A DNA stretch of 63,143 bases, counting the filler, from Dugesia japonica (lineage: Eukaryota), in NCBI GenBank assembly GCA_001938525.1. It is 6 parts of 6 records of this genome, joined end to end, with 100 filler letters (N's around TTAATTAATTAA, not from the genome) between each part and the next. Parts side by side here need not be neighbours in the genome. Positions count along the whole stretch, not along the records: positions 22,451 to 32,358 come from MQRL01632756.1; positions 32,459 to 43,219 come from MQRL01646303.1; 4 more parts are not named here. The stretch is one strand, 5' to 3'. Under the pieces are notes generated by a model. The model had not been told where the DNA came from and made no database searches. It was given only the letters and a program-made list of their open reading frames with translations. The stretch's first letter is position 1; each line of letters starts with the position of its first letter. Shown here piece after piece: positions 23,733 through 35,554 of the stretch. The translations under genes and the position numbers were made by a program.

Positions 23733-26204
23733 GAAGAAGACATCATATTACATGAATTCAATGCTGTAGAGGAAAGTAATCAAGTTGGTGGTGCATTTAA
23801 TTTAAGTGTTTCAAATGAATATGTTTTTATAGAAAAGGGACTTATATAGATGTCACCAAATTATAAAAATTGACATTTAAAGTTGGAATACTAATCAAAT
23901 TATACTACCAGAAAATTTGATTAACCAACTATTTAAAATAATAGATGAAATAAAAGAAGTTAAAATACAATTTGGACTCAACGTGGAATTTATAAGGTAT
24001 GAGAAGATCAAAACTTCTGGAATATTAACTTGAGCTGTTCTACTAAGTGACAGATTTTTTGAAGATGGTATTAAACAATTGAATGAAAAAATTCCCATAA
24101 GGACTGAGCTCGGTTCTAGTTGGATACTGAGTAGGACTTTGGAAGGGAATTTCAAAATCTTAAAGATTCAAATTATAAACAGACTGTCGAGACATAGTTA
24201 TATACCGACACCGGAGAATTTGAAAAAGAAAAAAGCAATTGTTAACGTTAAAAATAGAGATAATAAATGCTTTATTTACAATATTTTAGCTATTACTAAG
24301 TATGACCAAGTTCATACAAACAGATTTAGAGAATCAAATTATCATAAATATATGTCTGAGTATGATTATGAAGAAATAGACATGCCAATGTGGTTGGATA
24401 ATATCAGAAATTTTGAAAGAAAAAATCCTGAACTTTCAATCAATGTCTTTTCATGGAATGTAAACGATGTAAAAGATAATGATCAAGATGTTTTTAAACA
24501 TCCCAATTTGGATAGTATCCATAGATCCAAGGTGGTTGATGGTGAGAAGATTTATTTGTTGATGTTAGAAAATGGTAACAACTACCATTATACAGCTGTA
24601 GTTAACTTAGACAGTTTAATGCATAGAGATGATAAAAACAAAGTTACAATGATCCAATCAATATGGTGTCGAAATTGTTTTAACGGATTTAGAAAGGAAA
24701 TAGCTTTTGAGAAGCATCAGGTAATTTGTGAGAAGATTCAAACCGGAGCAACATTATATACCATGCCAACAGATAAAAACTTAGAATTCAAGGAATTCTC
24801 TAAGATAATGACACCACCATTCGTCATATATGCTGATTTCGAATCAGTTTTATCATCAAATGACGTATATTTTCATAGACATATGCCGGTTTCAGGAGGA
24901 CTTTTATTAGTAAATAATTTTACTGACAAAACAACATATAAACAGTTTATCTGTGATACCTGTATATATGATTTTTTGAAGGAAATTCATGAATAAATAG
25001 AATTACGGAGGCTCCCTATTACGAAGAGAATGGAAATAAGCCAATGGTAATATCAAGAGTAGACGAAATATCGTTTGCTGCCACCACAAGTTGTTATTTA
25101 TGTAAGAACACATGGTCTGTACCAGTTCGAGATCACAATTACTTTACTGGTCATTATTTATGTGCAGCATGTTCTAAATGTAACTTGAGTGGAAGTGTGA
25201 AAATGCAACTACCTGTTGTATTTCACAATTAAAGAGGGTATGATTTACATCATATATTGAAATATGGATTAAATTTTCACAGTGGAGCCTAAATTGTATT
25301 ACAACAACAACAGAAAAGTTTCTATGCTTAATAGGGCATGAAACTAAATTATCAATAATTAAGTTCATAGATTCATATCAATTTATAAATTCTTTACTAG
25401 ATTCAGAGGGAAAGTCCTTAAAAGAGACACCTTTGACTTTTAACGAATTTAAAGATAGAAAAATTGCAACGTCAAAGGGGATATTTCCATACAATTATGC
25501 AACCAGTTTGTAAGTTCTGGTTGAAACAACACAAATGCCACCAAGATGGAATGAGATCACAAAGGAAGAATATAAAAGGCAATGGAAATGTGGAGAATCA
25601 CCGATTTTAAGAACCTTCTGGACTGGTTTATTTGAAATTAGATGTTTACTTATTGGCAGATTTCTTCCAAAAGTTCAGATTGAAATCAATATCACACAAC
25701 AAATTGGAGCCATTGAATTTCTTTGGTATACCTGGTATGAGTTGGGCATCAGCCTTGATGTCATTGAAGGAACCTGTAGAACTGTTGATGGACTATGACA
25801 TGTATACCTTTTTCGAAGGTGGTATAAAGAGTGGATTGACATTTATCAATAAACTTTATGTCGCCGCAAATGAAAACACAGATTTGTTATATATAGATAT
25901 GAACAATCTGTACGGATGGGCACTAAGTCAAAAATTACCATATAAAGACTTCGAGTGGGTGCATACTGATTTAGAATCAGTATTACACAAATGTCAAGAC
26001 GATTGATCTGGATGCGTTGTCATACGGATACACTATGGAGGTAGATATCGTTATCCCTGAAGAAATCCATGACAATCTAAAGGATCTACCAGTAGCTGCA
26101 GAACATTAATGTGCTCCAGGTAGTAATATAAAAAAGCTAATGTTGACTCAATACGCTAAGGATAATTATGTTTTATATTGGAAACTGCTACAAATGTATA
26201 TGAA
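23733..26204 (+). mobile_element. Polinton/adintovirus protein-primed DNA polymerase B pseudogene #1, 3'-truncated
   Basis: SYIPTP..AIVNVKNRDNKCF; zinc finger WCRNCFNGF..H..C; ExoI VIYADFES; CYLC..VRDH..TG..CSKCNL; PVVFHN*RGYD; FIDSYQF; KGIFPY; LDVYLLAD; motif A LLYIDMNNLYGWALSQKLP. Motifs B and C are absent because the gene is cut at 26204. Confidence 0.93.
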
Positions 26205-26425
26205 AGTAGTTGTTAAATGGGCTGGATGACCCCCATAGCGTCTTTCTGGATTTTTCATCATGTTCAAAATGATTGTTTTGGTGGGGTTTTCCCATTTAAT
26301 GACAGAAAATCCAAAATTTGAATCAATTAGTTAAATTTATTAAATTAAATAAATGGAACCATGCAAAAAACGGCAAAAAATCCAAAAAAACGCCACAAGT
26401 GCTATCCAGTCATTTAACAACTACT
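26205..26425. repeat. Imperfect inverted repeat with AGTAGT...ACTACT ends, putative left terminus of Polinton #2
   Basis: AGTAGTTGTTAAATGGGCTGGAT..GCGTCTTTCTGGATTTTT matches the reverse complement of 26375-26425, AGTAGTTGTTAAATGACTGGAT..GCGTTTTTTTGGATTTTT. Confidence 0.75.
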
Positions 26426-26501
26426 ACACTTTGATAAATAACATTATTTTCAATAAATAAGATAAATAATAATAAAAAGCTATTTATACAATAAAAAAAG
26501 A

Positions 26502-29500
26502 CATGCCGGCATTACGAAGAAATAATAATCCCAATTTACCTCCAATTATAAGGAGAAATAGGATAAATAGAAGTAATAGACCATCCTCTCTCTTTAATCA
26601 CATAGACGTGCGAAGATATAATTGGGAAAAACAATAGATTAATAGATTGGAAGCAATAAATGTTCACCCTTTTTATTTTAAAGAATCTATATTTCATGAT
26701 TTACTTTTAACTGATAATATTAATACATATTTATCTGGTTTTGAAAATACAATCAGAGATAAGATAGAACACTGTCCTTACAAAAAATTCAAATCTATAA
26801 TCTCTTGCACCGTTTATATGAAAAGAGATGACCTATTAATTAACGAAGAGATAGAAAATAGAAATACTTAAGAACAGGATATATTAATTCAGTCGCATCC
26901 TTTAACTTGTTTTAATAATAGTAGAAATAATTATGAAGAAATGTATATTTGTATAAATTATGTTTTCGACAATAAGATGAACAGTTTACAAGGAATCAAT
27001 TGGAGAATAATAGGTTTTAAAGATTTTTCAATAGAATTCACCAGAGTTAAATTTCTACGCGGAGGACATATTTTAAATCTCCCATTTAGATCCATTTCAA
27101 TAATAAAACTTTAAAACAAAAGATAATTTCTGCATATTTTGGCATATAATTGCGTATTTATTTCCTCAACCAAATGATTCGCATCATATAATCGATTTTA
27201 AATATTATTCAAAATATTTTAAAGGAATAAATATTAATATATTAAAATGGTATAGATGTAAATCAAATAATGAATACGGGTTTCCAATAAATAAGATTAG
27301 GATTTTGGAAAAATTATTCAACATTTTTATAAATGTTCTTGAATTATATCCAAAATCATTAGAAAATGATAATACACTCCGAAAAAATTATTTATCATCC
27401 CCATTGCATATTTCGAATAATGAAATAAAAACCGACGGTTTCCAATATGAGGTTTTAAATAATTTTCACGAGCAATAAAATTATTTACACAAATTTAGAT
27501 ATTTAGAGCCAGATTGTAATAATATGTCTCTTAATAAATGTAAACTCTATCTAGGATATTACCAAGGACATTACTTTTGGATAAAAAGATTAAAGAGTTT
27601 TCTCATTGAGGAGTCTTCACATACTGGAGCTGGTTCATACTTATGTGACAGATGTTTTAATTATTCGAGAACGTCATAATGTAGGTGGAGGATTAAATAT
27701 AGAATCAGCAATTCTTGAATCAGTTTCTCCTGACGCTTTATTTGAAATAATTAAGGAAAAAGGAATATATCCATACGAGTGGATTGATAATCCGACAAAA
27801 TATTATGAAACACATCGTGATTTAAATGGTAGATTTTGCCTTTTACTATTAGAATCGTTTTATTCAACATTACACGGAAAAGGAATAACTGGAGAGAAAT
27901 ATAAAAGATATAAAGATGTTTATCAAATATTTAGATGTTGAAATTTCCTTGATTGCACAATTCTATATAATAAATTGGATGCATATATTATGGCCGATGC
28001 AATAGAAAAATTTAGAGTAATAAATAAATTTGATCCAACATATTTTGTCTCTGCTTCTGCTTTAACATGGAAAAAAGGTTTAAAACACAGGAATTTCATT
28101 AGATTTATTACAAACGCAAGAATTGTTTGAATTCTTTGAAAGACGAATAAGAGGGGGAATCTCAACGGTGTTGGGAGATAGATATGTTAAACAAAATAAT
28201 AAATATACTAATAGTAAATGTGACAGATATAAAATATTAGATAAAATAGAACGCCAAGATATATTAGATGCTTTAAAAATAAATGGCAGGAAAACAACTA
28301 AACTTAAAGAGGCGCTAAAATCTAATTATTTATTATATATCGATGATAATAATTTATATGGACATTCAATGAGTCAACCTTTACCTTATAGTTATTTTGA
28401 ACAAGCCGCAAAAGAAGTAATAGATTGTGTGAACCAAAACCTGATGCAAGGATTACAATTTATGTTTAATAAAGCAAAAGAAATACATAATAATGAGTTT
28501 AATGTTGGTTATGCTTTTAAAGTTGATTTACAATATAAAGATGATGCAGCAAATTAGCTAATAGAAAATATCCATTAGCTCCAGAGAAAAGAAAGATAAA
28601 AATAAATGAATTATCTAATTATCAGAAAAATTTATTAAATCAATCAAAACAAAAATTTTTTGAGACAGAAAAATTAGTTTTAGATTTAAATCCAAAAACA
28701 AATTACGTTGTTTATTGGAAAAATCTAGAATATTATCTTCAAAGAGGAATGGTTGTAATAAAGATACACGCAGTAGTTTCATTTAGAGAAAAACCTTGGT
28801 TAAAAGGTTATAAAGATTATAATACAAGAAAAAGAACTGTTGCCACAGCTGATTTTCAAAATGATTTTTGGAAATTTATGAATAACGGTTTCTTTGGTAA
28901 AACAATGGAGAATATAAGATTAAGACAAAATATAGAATTAGTTAATACATCAGAAAAATTTATAAAAAGAACTTCTTAACCAACTTTTAAAAGTTTAAAA
29001 CAATTTCATGAAAATTTATTTGCCTGTCACTTTACAAAGAAACAAATACAAATGAATAAACCAATTTACATTGGATTTTTTATATTAGAATTATCGAAGT
29101 TGCATATGTATAAAACGTTTTATGAAAAATTAAAACCAAAATTAGATATTACAGCAATATAATCAGATACGGATAGTTGGGTGTTAAATATCAAATCAGA
29201 TGATGTATTTAAAGAAATAAGAGAAAAGAATTTAAAAGAAATATTCGAATTTAGTAATTACAAAATAGATAGTAATACTGGTAGAGAATTACAATTAACT
29301 ACTGAAGATTTGACTAAGCATAAAAAATAATTGGTTATTTTACTGATGAATTAGGAGGACAAATAATGAAAGAATTTTGTGCTTTAAAATCCAAATCTTA
29401 TTGTTTTATAAATGAAGATAATAAAGAGGAAATGAAAAATAAAGGAACAAGTAAAAGTGTTGTTGATAAAGAAATACACATGAATAATTATAAAGATGCA

Positions 29501-29572
29501 ATAAAGAATGGTAATTTACAATATAATATCAATTATAATATTATATCGAAACTACATAATGGTGTAGGTTGA
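26502..29572 (+). mobile_element. Polinton/adintovirus pPolB pseudogene #2, internally deleted
   Basis: YLCDRCFN finger; KGIYPYEWID; IRGGIS; LLYIDDNNLYGHSMSQPLP; KFMNNGFFGKTMENIR; KPIYIGFFILELSKLHMY; *SDTDS; EFCALKSKSY; KNKG. The exonuclease block is missing near 27680. Confidence 0.95.
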
Positions 29573-30190
29573 TTTATTATAGTTTCCAATTTCTTTAGCT
29601 TTGTTAATAAAAAAGTATTATATTTATCTATTTCTTTTTCTTCGTTAACTTCAATATCAGTTTTAATCTTTAATATTTTATTTTTGATTTCATTAACAAT
29701 TGTTTTACTAGTATTTATTTCTTCATCTGTTAATATGTTATCATGTAAACATTTCTAATGATAAATAAATAATTTATTTTTACTAGTTTCTAATTCTTTA
29801 ATTAAATCATTATATTTCTTCTTTTAATTAATCCTATGTTTAATATACCATGAATAATTGAATTTGTTAAAGGAAATGTACCAAGAATAATAACAGGTAA
29901 AGTTAAAATAACTATACTACTTTTAGCAAAAACAGTTATTGTTATACCTGCTGCACTAAATAAAGTTCCTATTAAAATATCAGTATATCTTACACCCATA
30001 TCAAACATTTTCCATCTTTTATATAATTTATTATAATGATTTATTTTATCAGTTAAAAATGTTTAATCATTTTCAAAATCTTTAATTCTTAATGTTTTTA
30101 GTTTATTTTTATAATTGGCTATATATGCAGTTCGATTAAATTGATCTTTTTTATTTATATCAGGATAAATACAATCATATTTTTTTCCAT
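29565..30190 (-). pseudogene. Two-TM coiled-coil ORF resembling adintovirus gasderminX-type proteins
   Basis: MEKKYDCIYPDI..INHYNKLYKRWK, then a hydrophobic hairpin, then KNKLFIYH*KCLHDNILTDEEI. This layout is what I recall for Polinton membrane-active ORFs. Confidence 0.55.
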
Positions 30191-30249
30191 TTTTTAATAA
30201 AATAAAGATTTTATGCTTTTAATAAAATTAAGATTATATGCTTTTAATT

Positions 30250-31797
30250 ATAATATTTTGTTTTTATAATTCTTTCATCAGGCTTCGCCTTAGAAATATG
30301 TTCATCATTATTATTTTTATTGTCAAACTCTGTTTGGCCGCTCTTAGGTGCAACGTCTCGAGCTACTCTTGTTTGTACACTATAAAAAGGATTAAAATGT
30401 TGAAACATAGCAGTTGTTTCACCACAACTAGTTTCGTAACATAAACATTCATAAATAAATCCACTCGTATTTTTATCGCCTATAACTAGTTTTCCAAATT
30501 CAAAATCTTTTTTTTATAGTAATGTATTGTTCTTTTCCATAAAAACCTCGATTAAGGGTAATTTGATTTCCTCTCTTTTCAATATGCAATAAATTAGGAA
30601 AAAGTTTAGGAGGATCATTCATGAACGTTAAATTAACTTTTTGATAATGATATAATTCTTCATTATTTATTTGCAAATAATTTGTATATCCTTTATATTC
30701 TCCTAATATATTTTTATTTGATTCACCTCCTTGAATAAACGCGCCTTTTGAATCGGAATAGCTTTCTCTATTAAAAAGAATATAAAAAAAAGTCTTTTTT
30801 TAAATTCAAAATTAGAAATAAATTGATCTCCTTTATTTAAATAAAAACATTTATCACGACTTTAAGAAGAGGTATTTCCCAATGACGCATTTCTCAATCT
30901 TAATTCAGGTTTTCCTTTTATTGTTAAACCACCATTTATCTCTCCAAAATGAAAATTATCGTTTATATTATCTAATCCGAAAGGAAAATTAGATGATAAC
31001 CAAAACTCAATTTTTAAATTAGAATATTTTTCATATCCTCTTATTCTATTAATTACTGATAATAAACTTATATTAAAACTATTAATATATAAATGTTTAA
31101 AGAAATGTAATCGTGAATCATTATTTAATTTATTACTAAAATCTATTTGAAGACTCTTTAAAGTCGTTTCCTGTTTCAGTTTAAAAGAATTAAATACAAC
31201 TTGATTAACTTTATCATTTGATTTTAATTCGGCATCTTTTACACTATCTTTTAAAGATTTCATTTCTTTATCTTGATCTTGTTTAAAAGAATTAAATTCA
31301 ACTTAATTTATTTTATCATTTGTTTTTAACTCAACTTGTTTCATTGCATCCTTTATAGAATTTATTTCTTTATCCTTTAAAGAATTTATTTCTTTATCTA
31401 TTAGATCTTTAATTTCTTTATCTAATTTAGTTTTAAATTTTAATATCTTAGATTCAATCGTTACATTTACTCTACTAATTAATGAGTCTATTCTAAAATT
31501 TGTTCTATTCTCTATATCCTTTTTAATCTGATTAATATATTTCTTTAAATATTTGTTTTTAACAACATCATTATCAGTTTTAGGTTCATTAATAACTTCT
31601 AGTTTTTCTATTTTATCGCCCGATTTATTTACATAAACTTTATCAAGATTATTTATCTCACTAGTAACTTTATTATTTAACTTGTATTCTAAAGGTTTAG
31701 CTAATTTATCTTCAGCATGTTTAATTACATCTTTTAAATTAAAATCATTTGATTGATTAGTTGAACCAGGTTTGCTTGTGGGAATAAAAGTACTCAT
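30250..31797 (-). pseudogene. Fibre-like Polinton ORF: neck motif, coiled-coil repeats and a globular C-terminus; broken into several ORFs
   Basis: EPKTDNDVVKNKYL (PxxxxDAxxKxY-type); repeated KEINSLKD and ELKT/SNDKI/VN*(Q)V; C-terminal GFIYECLCY. It lies directly after the protease. Confidence 0.5.
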
Positions 31798-31801
31798 TTT
31801 T

Positions 31802-32260
31802 TCAAAAGTGTTTCCAAATCTGAGTAAATAGAATCAATAATTTTGTCAAAATAATCTCTGTATTGTTTAACATATATAAAACATAAAGACATAATATACC
31901 ACANNNNNNNNNNNNNNNNNNNNNNNNNNGTATTTTGTTATAAAAATAATTTTTATTTAAAATAGCTTCTACTTCATCTGTAGGTTTAATACCATATGAA
32001 TCAAAATATATAATTTTATCCTTGAAACCAACCCAATGAGAACCGATTTTATTTGAGCTTTGATAATTAATAATTACGTTATGTTTCTTAGTCGTCTTTA
32101 ATTTATAAAGCTCATCATTCATTAATATTTTAACAGGCAAATTTAATTTAGTAGAATAGTCTTTTAAATCAAAATTTATTTTAGTACTAATACCAAATGT
32201 TTTTAAGAAATCAAGTATCGAATAGTAAATCGCTTCACGATTTATCGCAGAATAATTCAT
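31802..32260 (-). mobile_element. Adenain-like cysteine protease of a Polinton
   Basis: IINYQSSNKIGSHWV, IYFDSYGIKP and CGILCLYVL supply His, Asp and Cys motifs in adenoviral-protease order. Confidence 0.92.
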
Positions 32261-32269
32261 TTTTATTAA

Positions 32270-32358
32270 ACTTGCTTTAAATATAAAATATACTAATAGT
32301 TTCACCGTTAAAATCTATTAAATTATTATATTCATCAACAACAGAAATCCTTATTGAT
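32270..32358 (-). mobile_element. 3' end of a Polinton minor capsid (penton) gene
   Basis: SIRISVVDEYNNLIDFNGETISI matches the IxIxxxDxxxxxIDFxGE penton C-terminus. It lies immediately upstream of the protease and is cut by the scaffold end. Confidence 0.65.
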
Positions 32359-32458
32359 NNNNNNNNNNNNNNNNNNNNNNNNNNNNNNNNNNNNNNNNNN
32401 NNTTAATTAATTAANNNNNNNNNNNNNNNNNNNNNNNNNNNNNNNNNNNNNNNNNNNN
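32359..32458. other. Artificial scaffold-joining linker
   Basis: 44 N + TTAATTAATTAA + 44 N. Confidence 0.97.
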
Positions 32459-32559
32459 ATATATATTTCGATGAATCAGAAGTGATTCAGTATAAATTTT
32501 GATATCTAATAAATATTTATAATAGATTGGTGTTGGATCTTAACCTAACAACTATCAAG

Positions 32560-33000
32560 GTAAAATTTTAAAATACTAACAGAGTAAAAATTCAAAACCA
32601 ATACACTAAAATCAATCTATATGAAAATATTAAAATAAACACATGAAAAATCTTATATAGAAAATTAAATACCACTGTGAAAAAGATTTTAAAATACTAT
32701 CAGAGTCAAAAATATCACCGTGTAAAAATATATATATATAAAATTAAATACTACCGAGAAAACTTCTAAAATAAACCGATGAAAATCTTATATAAAAAAT
32801 TTAACTACTTAAAAATTAACTGTATACATTCAACAGGTTAAAATACTACTGGTGAAAAATTTTAAAATACTCATAGTTAAAATTCAAAACCAATACACTA
32901 TAATAAAATCTATGTGAAAATACTACCAAGATTCATATAATAAAAATTTTAAATCAACTGCAGAATAAACTTATGAAATAATACTATCTAGTAAAATTCA
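32560..33000. repeat. Degenerate tandem repeat (AAAATACTAC..GTGAAAA units; ~290-bp higher-order duplication)
   Basis: AAAATTCAAAACCAATACACTA occurs at ~32587 and ~32879, and AAAATACTA recurs. Confidence 0.6.
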
Positions 33001-33617
33001 TAAAATCTATGAAAAATTTAACCTAATTAATATTAACTGAAAAGATTATATAGTAAAATTATAAAGTAAAATTAAAATCTAAATCTTTAACGATTGGATT
33101 ATTCAATTTTAATTATTTAAATTTTATTCGCCATTTTTACACTGTGGATTATTTAATTGATTGTTAATTTTATTAGTTTCAGTTAATCACATTATTCATG
33201 AGTTAATTTACTTTGTTATCATTAACTCATTTACCACATCCTAGCTCTACTAGTTTTATTTATCTAATTATTTAAATTAGGCGTTTCGGATTCTAACAAT
33301 TTTGATTAATTAAATTCTAACTGGAAGACTAGTAGATCAAATCGAAAATGCCATGTCCCAGCTAGTTCTAGAAAAGACTTACAACCTCGGTGCCCAATAC
33401 GTTTAATTTTGAAATAACTAAAAAATACAACGGCCTGAAAATATAATTTGATTATTTAATACATATTTTTACCAATCAAGTCTCTTATTGCACTTTCTTG
33501 AAAAGTTATTCAAACACTTCAGTGAAATATAATTATTTCAGTCATATTTAAAATTTCATAAAGAAAAAACTTAAATGCTTTTAAAAGCTTATAATAAAGA
33601 GAAATTCAACACTTTTA

Positions 33618-34124
<507 letters not shown>

Positions 34125-34444
34125 CTATTAATACTTTACTATTAATATTTTCATATTATTTATTTAACTTAAAAATAAACATGTAGATTTTTTATGAATA
34201 TAATAGAATGAATAATATATTAATATAAAGGTTTTTAAAATTAAATAAATGCGATTCACAATAAAAATACCCTCGACCTTTCTCTCCGAAATTATTGTTC
34301 GTGGTTTTCTAACTAAATTTGCTATTTATTACTTCAATGAAGTTTGTGTTACGCTAGAACCGCAGTAGGAGGTTATGGCCTTACCAGACCAGATGATTGA
34401 TAAAAATTTCAAATCTTCTTCAACTGCTTCATTTTCAATGACAA

Positions 34445-34880
34445 GTCACTTCACACCTTAATGTAAGCAATGAACTTTCTTGCCCTAATTGTAAAATTCA
34501 GACTTTTTAATAAAACAATAGGTGTGTAAATTTACACTTTAATTGTAAACAATGGATTTTCGCATATATATTATTATTTTATTGCTTTTTTATCAAGCGA
34601 ATTTCCACACCTAATAATTTCTTTAAAACGTGTGAAATTTATTTTATAAGCATGTGAATTATCACACTTCAAATATGAGTTTATGGAAAATTTAAAACGT
34701 TATGCATTGAGCATTTCTATATGAAAATCATATTATTATTATTAAAAGGTATTTTCACAGCGTGAACACCTTAATGTAAACTGCGATATTTCACATCTTT
34801 GGCGTGAACTTTCACACCCTAATCTTCAAAATTTATTCATGAAAAATGAGAAGCCTAAAAAATTATTTTCAAGCGTAAAA
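34445..34880. repeat. Degenerate TTTCACACC/GTGTGAAA repeat cluster, probably TE subterminal repeats
   Basis: CACACCTTAATGTAA-like units recur in both orientations. Confidence 0.45.
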
Positions 34881-34919
34881 AAATATCATATTTTAATCAT
34901 AACCTTTCAAACATCATTC

Positions 34920-35099
34920 ATCATTATTATCATTACTATTATTATTATNNNNNNNNNNNNNNNNNNNNNNNNNNNNNNNNNNNNNNNNNNNNNNNNNNNN
35001 NNNNNNNNNNNNNNNNNNNNNNNNNNNNNNNNNNNNNNNNNNNNNNNNNNNNNNNNNNNNNNNNNNNNNNNNNNNNNNNNNNNNNNNNNNNNNNNNNNN

Positions 35100-35162
<63 letters not shown>
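34920..35162. repeat. (TTA)n microsatellite spanning a gap
   Basis: Direct reading. Confidence 0.9.
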
Positions 35163-35163
<1 letters not shown>

Positions 35164-35554
35164 CAGGAATATGAAATACTTATTTTCATTATTACTTCAA
35201 TTCAATATTTAGATAATAAGAAAAATATTAAAAATATTGCCAATTTATTATTTATAATCATGTCTAAAATTATATTTTTTATTAACACAAGCAAATTACA
35301 CTAAATATCATTATTTCTTTAAAGATGTTATAGAAAAACAATTATTAACTACTATTATTTGGATGTCTTTGTAAACACTTATGGAAGTCATAATTATTGT
35401 TTATAGGAATAAATAAATAAAACAACACAAAAAAAAATAAATGTGATAAAATAAAAATCACAAAAAAAAGTCAAATCTTCTTCAGCTGCTTCTTTTTCAT
35501 TGAATTACTGGTTGCATAAAAAACAGCGATTATATCTTTAATTTTAATTAATAA

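Noticed and set aside
23733-29572. A single element with two tandem polymerases
   Set aside because: The first gene is truncated exactly at an AGTAGT terminus and the two are divergent, so nesting explains it better.
34839-35174. ORFs spanning N runs or (TTA)n (also 13019-13284, 23382-23849, 59606-59953)
   Set aside because: They are open only because of gaps or microsatellites.
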